Shown: positions 26,149 to 39,800 of the stretch, piece by piece
How the letters are laid out: each line of letters starts with the position of its first letter
How positions within the stretch are numbered: position 1 is the first letter of the stretch
Assembly: GCA_030141605.1 (NCBI GenBank)
Contig: JAQGDQ010000045.1
Span: 186,001-250,000 of the forward strand
DNA: 64,000 bases
Direction: 5' to 3'
From: Tubiluchus corallicola
Lineage: Eukaryota > Animalia > Priapulida
The notes under the pieces: generated by a model
The model's input: only the letters and a program-made list of their open reading frames with translations
Told to the model about the DNA's origin: nothing
The model's database searches: none
Program-made: the position numbers and the translations under genes

Positions 26149-26672
26149 AAACTGGCGCTATTAGTAAACCACAGACCTCCGCCAAAACCCGAGTGATCAC
26201 GGTGTTAATCATCATCAGCACATGTGCCTGTTACGTCTATTGTAGGCATTGGGCAGAACTCCATAATAAAATAAATCTGCCCTCAACATAGGTAAACGCA
26301 GCAAAAAACTAGACATTGTTAAATCAGGGAGTTAATGAGTTTTACTAAATTAGTCTACACAGTCGCTTAGGTTACGAAGTCACCAATTGTTCTGACGTCA
26401 TCTGATTTATAACGCACTGTTTTAGATTTTTTGTTGTTGTTCTCTGCTAAGATGTCAGACGGAATTTTGCCATGCTTAATGCCTTTGGTTTTCAATAAAA
26501 ATTTATTTTCTTTCGCAATTCTTGATCTATCACGGCCAAAGTTGAAAGTGTTTTTAATTTTTCGCCCCACCCGTCCAGAACGTTTTCGTCAAAATCGGTG
26601 AAGTAGTTTTTGGGCAATTTATTAACAAACAAACCAATAGCATGAAAGCATAACGTCCTTGGCGGAGGTAAT
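26149..26672 (-). mobile_element. Helentron-associated non-autonomous element (HINE/DINE-1-like)
   Basis: Minus 5' end ATTACCTCCGCCAAGGACGTTATGCTTTC, then GTTT repeats and AAAAACTAC..CCGATTTTGACGAAA; inverted TTGGCGGAGGT subterminal repeat near the 3' end. Confidence 0.7.
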
Positions 26673-28397
26673 CAAAATTTCTGTACTTCTAAGGTCGACC
26701 CTCACTCTCAGGTCACCGATTCACTTTCTGCTCCATTTTGCGCTTACAAGTGGAGCCATCAAAACTGGGGCATTCGGAACGGAGAGAGGAGCCCATCTCC
26801 CACGTTTGACAAAAATGTCTCGCCAGACTTGCACGTGTTGTTTGAAATGCATTTTACAGCACTCTAAACATTTAGCCGCCAATAGACGTACATCTGGCGC
26901 GAGTTTTGAGAGAAACCTTAGAACATGAGAAATGTACAGCCGTGTCAGGCACATAATCCCACTCCCAAGTTATGTCTTGCAAAACGTAAGGAATTTTGGT
27001 ATCTGTAAGAACATTATGAGAGATGTACAGTTGTGGCAGGCACAATCTCGGGATGTCTTGGAGAATGTAAGGAATTATGACAGGTCTAAGAATATTAAGA
27101 GAAACGTACTGTGTATAACTGAAGCCTCCAGTGTGTAACATACGATGAAGAATGTTAAGCTATTAACGGTCAAGTGCAAATTATGCATTTTAGGAATTTA
27201 GTCTTTGGTATCACGATCTCTGAACTAGACCATTTAGGTGTACAGTCACTAGTAGATGACTAGATGTTACGATAATTATGTAATTGTAGCTAAATAGATC
27301 CAGACGTGGGTACTTACAGCATTGCTGAAAAAAGTTGTATTTCTCGGTTTCACCGGATTTTTGTACAGTAACAAAATACCGAGCAGTCCGATATGGCGAA
27401 TTGTTTAATTAAAAGTAGCATTCTTTTAATCTACGTCTATGCATAGAGTAGAAAATCGTTTAAAAGTATCGGCCAAGTATAACTTACTTTATAATGACGC
27501 ATTGTGTGTCTGATGATCAGTGAGTTAGTACAAGTAGGGAAAGCAGGAGCAAATGGTTAGGAACGAAGGATGATTAGCGCATAAACAAAAATGTAAAAAC
27601 GAAAAATGGTGCAGTAAGGTTTTTGTAGTGCGCTCACGTAATAGACCAACTGTAGACTGGAATACATTACAACTCAAAATGAGTGATGATGGTGAGTTTA
27701 GGGCGTTGTGATATTTTTCGACCTTTGCTCAAGAATCTTTATGCATTATTTCTCGCTCTTGTAAAAACAATTGTCATTGTCGTTTACAGCCGCAGATCGA
27801 CTTCACGAAATTTTTTATTGCACATTCAACCACACCGGTTTTAAGAGTGTTGAGCAAACATCCGTCTTATTTAAACTGCCACTACGGTAACTCAGTACGT
27901 GCTCCAAGAGTTTCCTACAAAAGGTGGGCGAGATTAATTGGGTAAATTAATACAAGACGAATTATAATTAATAGGCGAACTAACACACAGATAACACAGC
28001 TTGTTTCCCACACGTGCACCTTTCAAAACCTTTCTCTAATATGTATGCATTCTCTGGTGCAAAAAACATTTTTGCAAACTCTGTACGTTTAATAAAGTAT
28101 TTTTTGCCAATATTTCGCAGAAGATAACGTTTACCCAGGTTTGTGCACTTTCTTACGATATTTTACGTATAAAAACTGTGAGTACAATTTTGTATATGAT
28201 TCTAAATGAAACTGGTTTTTGTTCCCTTTATACCGCCAAGTGGGTCTCTATGAAAATGCCAGTTACATACTCAGTTTTACAAAGACAAAAGCGTCAGAAG
28301 ACGTGATATACAAAACAAATTGGCCGTGCTCGAAAAACAAACGGGTTTAAGCGCAAGTGTTGAAAATCAGACATCTGCAGGCATCTTTCTTGTGCAT

Positions 28398-29201
28398 GTA
28401 GGTAAAAATGGCACAAATTGAAAAGTAGGTAAAAATGGCACACTTAGTAAAATGTATGTTTAGGGTTAGGGTTACAGTGGGGGATAATTATTTTAGTTGT
28501 TTTACCTCTGCCAAGGAAGTTATGCTTCAACATAGTTTGTTTGGTTGTTTTTTTTTGTTATGGCAGTAAGCCTATTACGCAAAAACTATCTAACAGATTT
28601 CCAAGAAACTTTGTGAAGGAAGGCGGGTATAGGGTGCCAAAATTTTTTCGCAACACTTGACCAAACGCCACAAAAATACATTGAAAAAAGCATCTCGCGG
28701 CGGTCTCAGAAAAAGTTTTTAGTACTTCTTTTTTGTTACCTCCATTTGGACAAACAACTATGAGTTAGTTTCAGTTCCACTTCGAGAAATTCTCGCTTGT
28801 AAAACTGTGTAACGCCGTGTATAAAGTTCGCTTATTAATGTATATAGCCTTATAAGGTGCTTTGCTATGTAAATAATATATATGTGTCAGTCTATTACTA
28901 TCGCCAAAATTAATTGTTTAAAAGCTAGATAAGCACTTTGTGGAACATTCTTACATTATTGATCATCTATTTAAGGAACACATATTTTGTGAGTCTTTTA
29001 CTAGTCTATGTAATACCAATACAAGTGCATTTTTGCATGTTTACTTGTTCACCTTTGTGTTAAGTTTTTTTTAATCAAAAGAATCAGACGAATAAGTTTA
29101 GGATTGTTCGGCTTTGGCGGAGGTCAACTTCCTATTAAACTTATTCTAGTTTTATTATAGAAATCAAATGCATCAACATAACACGTGCCATTTTTACCTA
29201 C
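28398..29201. mobile_element. MITE-like relic with GTAGGTAAAAATGGCAC inverted repeats, interrupted by a HINE
   Basis: The 17-mer occurs twice at 28398 and 28426 and as reverse complement at 29185-29201; internal TTAGGG units. Confidence 0.5.
28501..29152 (+). mobile_element. Second HINE/DINE-like element of the same family
   Basis: TTTACCTCTGCCAAGGAAGTTATGCTTC ... GTTT repeats ... GCAAAAACTA ... TTTGGCGGAGGT ... TTCTAGTT terminus. Confidence 0.7.
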
Positions 29202-32200
29202 TTTAAGAACCGAATTGATAACCGAGGGATGAAAGTTCAAGAAACTATTAAAACATAAGTCTGTTCTACAGCATAAAGAAGAAAAGGTCTATTTGTTTAA
29301 GCGTAAAATTGGGAGAAATACAAGAATCAGTTAAAGACCAACTCATTTTATTGCCGTCTGCTAACCGTGAAACCTCATCAATTTCAGTAATTTTCTTCTT
29401 TACGATTCAGTCTGAATTAACTAGGGGTGTAAACATAAATGCAAACGCAGGCTGATGCTTACAAACTGCAGCTGCAGTGGCCACAGACGTCCGATATTCT
29501 CTTATTCTTCTTGATAGTATCGTTATCATCAGTTACGCCCCTTTGTAATTACCACATCATGTTATCAAAATTCGATCACCTCTTCGGTTCACTTTTCCCG
29601 CCCAGAATCACACTGGGTACCTTCACAGAACTGTTTCTTCGCGCGCCCCGTATGCCCGTAACTGATACTGAAAGGAGTGGAGCTCACAAAATGTGATTTG
29701 AAACTTCTGTTGGGAGATTTGACGTAATAAAACGCTGGGTTGAGTGCAAAACAGCAGCAAATGATGCTCTGCGAATCACGAATCAGATCGTATTGGCTTC
29801 TTTATAGCTGCAAATATCCCAATTCAGGCAATACTGCAACAGTTGTGAATTGGAGGAGTATATGTATTATGCTGCACAAAACAGTATCGCAATACAGTGC
29901 AGTGTACATTTTTGCTTGACATTCTCTTACTAAATAATACACGAATATCTTCCACAGCTGTTTTTAATCATCTTAATTATTGTATCTCACTAAAAGTTGA
30001 TTTTCCTTTTCATAGAGATTATAGCATAGGTATACTTATGACTGTGCGTCAAAATTCAAGTCGATGACAAATTTGCTGTCACGGGATTCTTTTAGCAGTT
30101 TTTTCAAAACCGTTTCAGCAGCTAAGAAATCTTACTATGCTAGTAATAAAAAAGTGATATCAGAAACTGCAGCGCTAGCCAAATTCGTCCATTTGGAGAC
30201 GAAATAGTTTTTCCAACAGGGTTGTATGCGGTGGACCCATTTGGGACCAAATTGTTAAATTCCAATCGACATCATTTTGAAACCTACTTTGCCATTTGCC
30301 ACAAAATGGAAAAATCCCCACTTTCTTAAAAAGCACACTGGCTTCTGTTAGTTCAGTAAAAATGTTTTATAAACCGAGTTTATAATAGTATTTTGATAAA
30401 TAACTAGTGACAAGAAAGATAGGTATTACAGTTTGGTGCCCTTTTAATCGCTTTTCTCGGCTAAAACTCACAGCTTCCGATGTTCAAGTGAGCATTGTTT
30501 ACAACGGTACTTGCTTACAAACACGGCTTAAAAAATTTGATATTTTTTGGAGTTTTACATTGTAACAGTCATCTGTATTACTTCCACACTGCACTTGCTG
30601 CAAACATAATTTACTTGTGTAAACTACACGTGTACCCGTCTATAACGCTATTAATAACGTTTTACAGGCTCATAGTCACAGCGTTTAAGATTTTCAGCGA
30701 GCCACGGAGTGAAAAATCGTTAATGACGCTGGCACATTAAGCAGAGATGAGTAAGCATTCGTATGGCTTCATCATCGCTCAGATGTCCAAATCTTACGCG
30801 TGTGGTCTCCCAAACCAGGAAAACAATCATAACCGCGTAAACAACAATTATTTTTCTTTGCAGGAAGATGCAGTCAGTGAAAAGATTCATTACAGAAGTT
30901 ATACAGTCTTACTATATATTGTATTGTAGCAACAGTACATTCATTTAGTCAACCAAAAATAAATGGCAGGGTGAAAAATGTTTTAGAACTTTTGCGAAAC
31001 TAATTAACTAGTATTATGTTACAAATATAGTAAAAAATTGTTGAATAAAAATACCAAAACGTCTTTTTTCTATTTTTAGTATCACTACAAGGACACCAAT
31101 GTATAGTTCCTTTTCTGTCAATGAATGATAGGCACCACATATTTTGTATAATATACCATGTGAAAGTGTTTACAATAACTGGTGGTGTCGATGTTTAAAA
31201 AATTGTAATTTATTATATATAGCCTATATTTGCTGTTATATAGGCAGCTAAAGCAGTAAGCTAATGTAGGCCCGTAAGTAGGGCTTCGTTAAATTAAAGC
31301 ATGTTGGGCAGGCGACTAATTAGAGAACGGAAACTTTTTTCAGGAATTGAATTTGTGGAACTGTTTTTCAGATGAAGCCAATAATAATGTAATAAAATAA
31401 ATCTAAAGCACTACTTTGACCACATAGCGATTTTGTTCATAATGAGATGCAAATGTTTACGGTTACCCTAAGGGAAACAATTTTTTATTGTAACTACACA
31501 GTGAAAATACAAGTAGGTGACAGTACTAATCTTACAACAGTGCAATGGTTTTTAAAATATCAGTAGTTTCTCTACTCATGTAGAGAAATAATCATAGCTG
31601 GTCCCTGTGAGCCCATTTTTGTGTGACTGTTCCACTCATCTGTTTTCATTTGACTGTGTACAATATAAGGCTAATAAACATCATGCAGTCGATATATGTG
31701 CTCATAACCGCAGCAGTAAGATTTAGAATGTTTGGCATGATGAGAGTCACTCAACTTAATCTAGACTATACATGATACTGTAGCTACAACTGTGTCAATA
31801 ATGATATCAATGCTGCGCCATCCTCACAAAAGAATTACTTTGTACTATTATAATGAGCAATAGTAGTTGACAATAATCCTAACCCTGATCTCGAAACGTC
31901 AAACGTTAATTCATCATCTAGACAAAATTCACTCTTAAAGACTTAAACTAGTAGTTTTAATTGTAGCGCCATCTGGAGCACGAAAAAACACATAAAGCAC
32001 CAAAGTAGATGTCAGAATGTCATAATTATATTACTACATATAATCACAGCAAAAATGACACGAAAAACACAATTTTACTATTTACATGAATTTCAAGAAT
32101 GGAACAAAATACCTTCTGCCCAAAGTGAAATACCGTACGGCAGAAGTTTGAAAAATGCCTTATTCTAATAATTTGATAATTCAAATGACGGAACTAACTA

Positions 32201-33807
32201 TTATGTAGACTTTCCAGAATTTTCTATGTTCTTACAGTTGCTCCTGGAACTGAAGCTGAAAAGGCGTAACTACAAAGTAGTTGACCCAATCTGTGTGCAT
32301 ATCTGTGACTAGTTTCTAACTCTAGTGCTGAAGCCTGTAAGGTTGAATTTTTGATAGGAAAGCCATATACGGCCTCTTCAAAATGATTTTTTTGCAATAT
32401 TAAACAAAGTACGAATCGGCAATCCTTAGAATTGCAGAATGACATAATCTTTATTTCAATTCTATAAATTGGCAGGCATTTATTTTATAATCTCTTAAAA
32501 AATACAATGTATTAAAATTTATGCCATGGGTTTCCTTAAATTGCTAAGCATAATGGGAGATAGCACTTGCTAACCAAAACAGTATAGGGAAAACTCATCT
32601 CCACAAACTGTCTCCATTAAGAATTTACAATGGATGCAAAATTTCAGCAATGAGACTGTATATTACAGATATGAAAAAATAACATTAAAGTAAGTCACAA
32701 AAATATACAAATCTGAAACTTCTAAAGCCGAGACTAAACCTCACTGGACATCATCAACTCCGAGCGCTGTTTAAAATGTAACTTTACTTCGAAGAACCGA
32801 TTGGATTAGACTGGACTAGTGAAGTCGCTGAAGTGAATGTTCAAGAAACCCATCTAAACCTTAAACACAATTGCTTATTGATTGCGAAACTAAATCCCAT
32901 GAAGCCAGCACAAGAAGTACACAAAGAGAAGAGATTCTAACTACTGAAGCCAATGAATTTGAACAACTTCTTGAAGTGTAATTTTTTTAGAACAGAAGGG
33001 CCAGAAAATCAAAGGAATGCAGAAATGTCTTTTCTCAGAAATGTCCATTTATTGTTATATACGCTCAATGGCAAGCACTTTCCAGGATAATTTATGTGTG
33101 GAAATTGGGTTGTTTTCCAGTAACTTCAACTCTAGCAGGACAATAAAACACAAAGGAACAAAACATGTTTACAATATTGTACTTATAAAAAAGTTACAAT
33201 TACTAAGTGGCTTACAATATTTCCACAGCGCGAGACATGATTAGTAAAGGAATTAGTGATTGTCTAGAAAAATTGGCTTTTGGTGGTTTTATCTGCCATG
33301 TTGCGTCTGGATATTTTTCTTGCTTAGAGTATATACACCTGCCTAAGAGATCTCTGCTGGTTTAGTGTCTCACCATTACAGGACCACCAGTAACTCACTA
33401 TGAAGTCCACAATACTGGAGCTAATTACATATTTTATAGTATGAAAATAGGCTAATAATCAGGCATTTCAGAGTCAAAAATAATATTGGAAAACAAAGCT
33501 GTGTCATGATGAAAATAAGTTTGCTAAACTTTAAAAGTTAAACAATGCAAAATAGCAAGAGAACATGCTGTTAGTTTTAGCAAATGTGCTAACATTTGTA
33601 AACATAGACTTTTGGAAAACATCCAGGATCCCATATGCACTTTTGCCTTGTCAGTTTTTATAGAAAACAAAGGCAAAAGAGAAAAATGTTAACAGATGTC
33701 AACTCATAGCATCAGAACAAAGAAGATTACTCATGGTATTTACAGTAGCATAAGATATCTACATTGATGCACATTGTATTTACATTAGTGTCACCTCAGT
33801 TTGTTGA

Positions 33808-36800
33808 CTATACTTCAGGGCCTTCCCCTCCAGGTACAAGCTGAAAATAAGAAAGAAATTATTAAGATAACCTTCTTTGATAATAAATATACAATTAAAT
33901 GATTTAACAAACATTTAATTTTAGTTTAGTACATACCATTTACCACATCATTTTTATTATCAGTATTAATTTTTTCATTGTCAGATCAATAATTATTTGC
34001 TACCAGAAGCTACATAACAGGACAGGACCAGATGCTAAACTCCAGAATAGATTAACAGAATAGATTAACTACTTTCCTTATGGAATAGTAGTTAGCAATA
34101 GCTGTCTGAAACCTGGTTCAAACCCAAATGGTAGAACGAAACTTTTCACATATTATATTTTACTGCAATTGCAAGTGATTGAAAGATCAATGCAAACAAA
34201 CTGTTTAACATGAACCAGTGCTATTTTCATGCATTGACAGAAGGAAGAGCCCCTGCCAGGTAAGATACAATTAAAAGTCAAATTTGAAAAAATGAGTTCT
34301 TTTTTGGCAATAAATTAACTTAAACGATAGTAAACTTAAATATATTACCATTGTAACATTGTTTCCGTTGAGTAAAATCTGGTCTAACTTGGTTATGCGC
34401 CTTCCCTCAGCCGTCATTTCACTAAAACAGACACATTAGAGAAATACCACTTTACACTCAACAACGTGCACTTTTATAAATGCTTGCATAAAGTTTTACA
34501 TTTGCTAGAAAAAAATTACTAGAAAATTTGCTAGAATGAAATATAGATTTGTTAATTGTTTGAGTTTGATCAAATTAAGTTTATTTCGGCTTAAATTTTG
34601 AAATTAAAATTTAAAATCATTATTAGGAAAAGCCTGCTACATACGATAAATTAAAAACAATAAAATGTGGCAAAGGAGATTACCTGAGTGACCACAGTGT
34701 GTGAATAGTGATGAAGTTAAACCCCCCAGAATGTAGTTAGGTAGGGTATGTATGTATGGACGGGTATTGGGTAAGTGCAAAAAATTGCTTCTGAACTGCT
34801 TTTTGTGCCTTATATCTGCCAACTTTTCCTCTGGTTGAGAGAGGGAGATCAGGGCCAGATTTACCTATACACTAGACAGGCTAAAACCTAGGGCTTTGAA
34901 ATTTAGGGCACTCCCGGTAATGGTGTATAGTTTGATATTCTGGTCAGTGTCACAAGCCTCCCTGTGCATGTTGTCATGGTATACTTTAGTCTCTAAAGTT
35001 TAAACAAACCACATTCTTTGTACTTATACGATTTGCGGATATCTCCCTGAATTATTTCTTTTCAATAACTAGTGTACACTGCTCAGAGCTGAGCTTTTTT
35101 AGTTAAGGTCCAGCCGATGATAAGCCCAGCGACTAGTCAGCTCACTCCCTCAGTACTGCACTGGCGCAATAATAAAGAAGTACAGAAATTCAACAAATAT
35201 CAAGAAATGATAGGTCAGCGCTAGACTCGAAACTTATCACTGATAGACGTAAACGAGTTTAATAATTATTCCCCTGTTTAAATTATTTTCTAATTCTTTT
35301 TTTTTATCCTCAAACTTCAACACAGCAGTTTCTTTGAAAAACTGCTGCGACTGTACCTTTGCTGACTAATGGCTTTCTAAAAGCAAAAGCCTGTATTTGC
35401 AGTTGCATTACTGTATTTCATGTGGAAGTTTCCTTAATTAATCCTAATTTGCGTTCACACAGTTCTTACGATATGTATGATTCATATTTTTGCACATCTC
35501 TTCATTTAATAATAAAAATTAATGTTCTGTAGTGCTTCTCTGTTATTTAAGACCTATAACACCTGTACAACAGTACTTCTCTTTACACAAGCAAAACTAC
35601 TTATTTTAAAATTTTGGCTTCTTTTATTAAAAAGTAATATTAATTAGTTCTGTTTAGTTAACAATACTCACAGCTATAAACCAACTAAGCTGAAAGGTAA
35701 AACAGCTGACTAACTATGGTATTTAGCAATAATATGTCTTAAAGAGGAATTTTATGTAAAACACTTCCATCATCTATAGTTATGAATGAAGGTGATGGAT
35801 TGGGATGAGTCTCACAAGAACAGCCTAGGACCTCTCTTTGTAACGTGGTTCATCGGTTCAAGACACTTCTACCGGTTCATCGTCTCATCTTAAATGATTA
35901 TGCTTGACAATGAGCTACTTTCAGATCCAGCCGTTAAGTACTGTAGTTTTCTTACAGTCTGACAAACTCAATGAAAAAAATTAAAACCACCCCTTATTAA
36001 ATGCAAAAATTGGTTAAAACTCTCATAAGCTTAAAGAAAAAACTTTCTACGAACTATGCCACCTAGGAATGACAATGACGATCAAATGAAAATATTTTTA
36101 AATTTTGCGACTACTAAATTCTTTTAGCTCAACAAAAATTTGGACGTAATAAAATCAACATTGGTATGTATACATATGATTTGCAAATGCATTAAAATTT
36201 ATTACTTAAACATTTGAAAGTACTTACAATTCTGTAACATCTTCCAGTACCATATCTGCAAATTTTAAGTTAAAGAAACTATTTTTCACAAATGTGCACA
36301 ATGTACAGCAATTTTTTAATACTAATGCTCAGTTTGCTAAGGCCAATTGAAATCTGATGCTAATACAGATGTTAAACAAGCTCCGTTAAAAATTTATTAT
36401 TTACCAGACAAGAACCTCAGAAAGTATTGCATTGGTTGTATCAGTGAAGTGTATATTCAAAACTGTATTAATAAATAATATATACATAACTGTATAATTA
36501 AATTTAGCTTATTTTTTTAGTGTTTAAGGATACTGACAAAGTCATCGAAGCCTAGCAGAGTACCAACAATTTCTTTGTCATTCTTCATGATAATGTGTAT
36601 CCTGGATCCGATACATTTATCAACAAGAGCTGAAAAACATAAAAGTTCAACATACAGAATGGTAAGCGTATCAAATCAAAAAATCTTTAGTAAGTGAGAA
36701 GAGAAGCTGTCAATAGATCCCGCTGATGTGAATTTCGTAAAATTAACACTTTGTTGTCATAAATAAATACAGTATTTCAACATTTTTATAAAAGCACAGC

Positions 36801-39800
36801 ATCGATATTATAAAAAAGCAGATTCTGACAACTGTCAGAATCAACTGTCAGTACTAGTCTATTTAAAATTTGTACAAATATTAATAAACATTAATGTATT
36901 TTGGAGACTACATTTTTTTATTAGCACTAAAGTACAAAAAACAATTCTGACACCTTTGGAAATAATCATAAGATACACATGTGTGACTAGTCTGACAGCA
37001 CTCTAATAATTATTAAACCCTAGACTATAACTTAACAGCTAGTAGTAAAATGGCTAGCCAATTAAATTACTTCAAACTATTATAAATAATTTATAATTAC
37101 CATGACCCACAAATCACAAAGATGAAGACTGAGTCTAATAATTAGTACTGACTTATATACATGTAATGCTGACAGCTAACTTAATTGAGCTAAAATACTG
37201 TACATGCTACAAGGCCAAAACAAAAACAGTTTCTTTAATTCTTTTTATATGGTACCCTTTTAACATCTACGACATATTTTACAAAGAAAATCATTTCAAA
37301 CCTGTTGTAAAGATAAAATGTACATTTCAATATTTATGATATTTATAACTTTATTTTGAAGCAATTCAAATCGCAAGTGAAAAGAGGGCAAATTTTGTAT
37401 CTTTAAAGTATTTTGGTCAAGAGAAGCAAGATAGTTGCCGTACTGAAGGCTTAGCCTACACGAACCTATACTGACTTGACTTGCCTTTTGTGAATATTTT
37501 TGACTGTTTCTGGTAACTTTGTGATGACAGTTTTAATCTTATCAATTTTAAAACAGTAAAACCATCAAAAGATGAATACTAGCTTAATCATTCTTGAGTA
37601 AAAAAAAATGACATAAGTGACAATGTATTTTTTTCTATCATTCACCATAGCCACTCTTTCATTTATAACTGTTAGCAGTGGCTCTAATGTTAGGAAACTT
37701 ATAATATACGATAGTAGGCAAAAACACAGTTGCTCAGTGATATTTTGTATGTTTATAAGTAACAATGTATTTTTTCTTTCATTCACCATAGCCACTCTTT
37801 CATTTATAACTGTTAGCATTAGCTCTAACGTTATGAAACTTATAATATATGATAGTAGGCAAAAACACAGATGCTCAGTGATATTTTGTATGTTTATCAT
37901 TTAGGATACTAGTGATGTCTACTTCAGTTCAATCAAATTACCAAATGAAGTTGCGATCAGGCGTTGGATATGTTACGAGTCTATGTAGTTAAATTAGTTA
38001 CTGTGTTGAGTACTGTAACTTTTCTTGTACCTAAAGGCTTTTGTCATAGCTTGCATCACGCTGTTAATGCAGTTGGTAAATTTATTAAGATATTTTACAA
38101 GTTCAGCTTAGGTGACAATGGCATGATCCATGACCATCATCACCAATACTAGCATATTTTTGGAGGAGAATGAAGTACTAGAGGAAATAAAGTCACTGAA
38201 TGTAAACAAATCACCAGGTGAAGTCTGTTATGTACCCAAGGTTTTCAAAAGAAGCAAGGTCAGAACTAGTTAAACAATTGTCATTACTTTTTCGTAAATT
38301 ACTTGACACAGGAACAGGAAAACTGGAAATTGAGCCAAGTTTCACCTATCCACAAGAAAGAAAGTAAAAAATGATATGAACATCTGCAGGCCAATAAGTC
38401 TAATATCACTACCTTGTAAAACATTAGAGAAAATTATCTGCAAACGATGGACACCGACCCGAAGCATTGAAAAATACCATTAGACTGTTTGCAGACGAAG
38501 CAAAGGTATTCAGTTAAATTGGATGTCAAGAAGATACTGAAGAACTACAAACTGACTTGAACAACTTACAAGAATGAGCAAAATTTGACAAATGAGGTTT
38601 AATATAGAAAAGTGTAAGCTGCTGCAGGTAGGTTACCATAAAATACGTAATAACTACAGTGTGTATGATGATTGACCTAATGAAATGGAGAGTGAGAATT
38701 GAGATTCATCGTTGATAGTAAGCTGAAATTCGATGAGCATGCTGAAACAGTACCTAGCGAGGGAATTACAATAACCAGAAACCTTGGATGATGACGGGTT
38801 CACTTGACCCCTACACCCATTCTCGGTTTGCCAGTCATCGCTTTTACGAATGTCAAAAAAATTGGACTATATTTGGACCATTAAAAAGTCCCTCATACTA
38901 CGGGTATGGTCCATTGTTTTGCGAGCTGACCGCTAGTTGACAGGCTGTCACTGAATCTAATACGCGACGCCAACTGTATTAGCTTAGAATTGGTAAATAC
39001 AGACAATCGGCAAATTTGGACCGCATTTGTTCGCAAAACCGAAATATGAATGTATATGGACACCGGCATGTTTCTGCCATTGAGGATTACATTAGTTAGA
39101 CCGATAATGGAATGTGGTAATTTAGTATGGTCACCATTTTATAGGAAGGACATCAGTCTACTAGAAACATGCAATGTAGAGCAACAAGGATAATATACAA
39201 CATAACAAGTTTGGAGTACAAAGACAGGTTGCTAACACTGCAGAGTTCAACATACCGTAGGTTCAGACGTGATATGACACTATACTGACAGAAGTATAGA
39301 AAACCATGTATGGCTACTATGACACATCAGTAAAACTAGAAAAAGTGACAAGGGAAGGATAAGGGGTCATATATATATATAAGTTTAAGGTACAATCTTT
39401 TCATCTTTTGTTGGAAAGAGGTTTAAAATTGATAAGATTAAAACTGTCATCACAAAGTTACCAGAAACAGTCAAAAATATTCACAAAAGGCAAGTCAAGT
39501 CAGCATAGGTTCGTGTAGGCTAAGCCTTTAGTACAGTAACTATCTTGCTTCTCTTGACGAAAATACTTTAAAGATACAAAATTTGCCCTCTTTTCACTTG
39601 TGATTTTAATTGCTTCAAAATAAAGTTATAAATATTGAAATGTACATTTTATCTCTACAACAGGATATTCAAGATATGCACACGATTTTTCACCATCGAT
39701 CTGGTGCTTCGTAGGCACCATCTTTGTCTTCAAGTCTTTAAAAACCATCTAGACAAGCGAAATACGGCTGGACAGACCCCATGGAATGCTTTAGCAGACA

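Larger units (their letters stand above)
37301..39664. repeat. Long inverted repeat: arms 37301-37552 and 39422-39664 around a 1.87-kb spacer
   Basis: The arms are reverse complements along their length with scattered substitutions and one short indel. Confidence 0.92.

Noticed and set aside
28458-28475. TTAGGG telomere-like units
   Set aside because: Only 2-3 units and internal to a repeat relic; not an interstitial telomere
32100-33400. Coding-like composition downstream of LSm5
   Set aside because: Frequent stops, no consistent splice chain and no recognisable motif
36821-36842. Perfect 10-bp hairpin GATTCTGACA-AC-TGTCAGAATC
   Set aside because: Short, isolated and tied to a local micro-duplication; insufficient evidence of function
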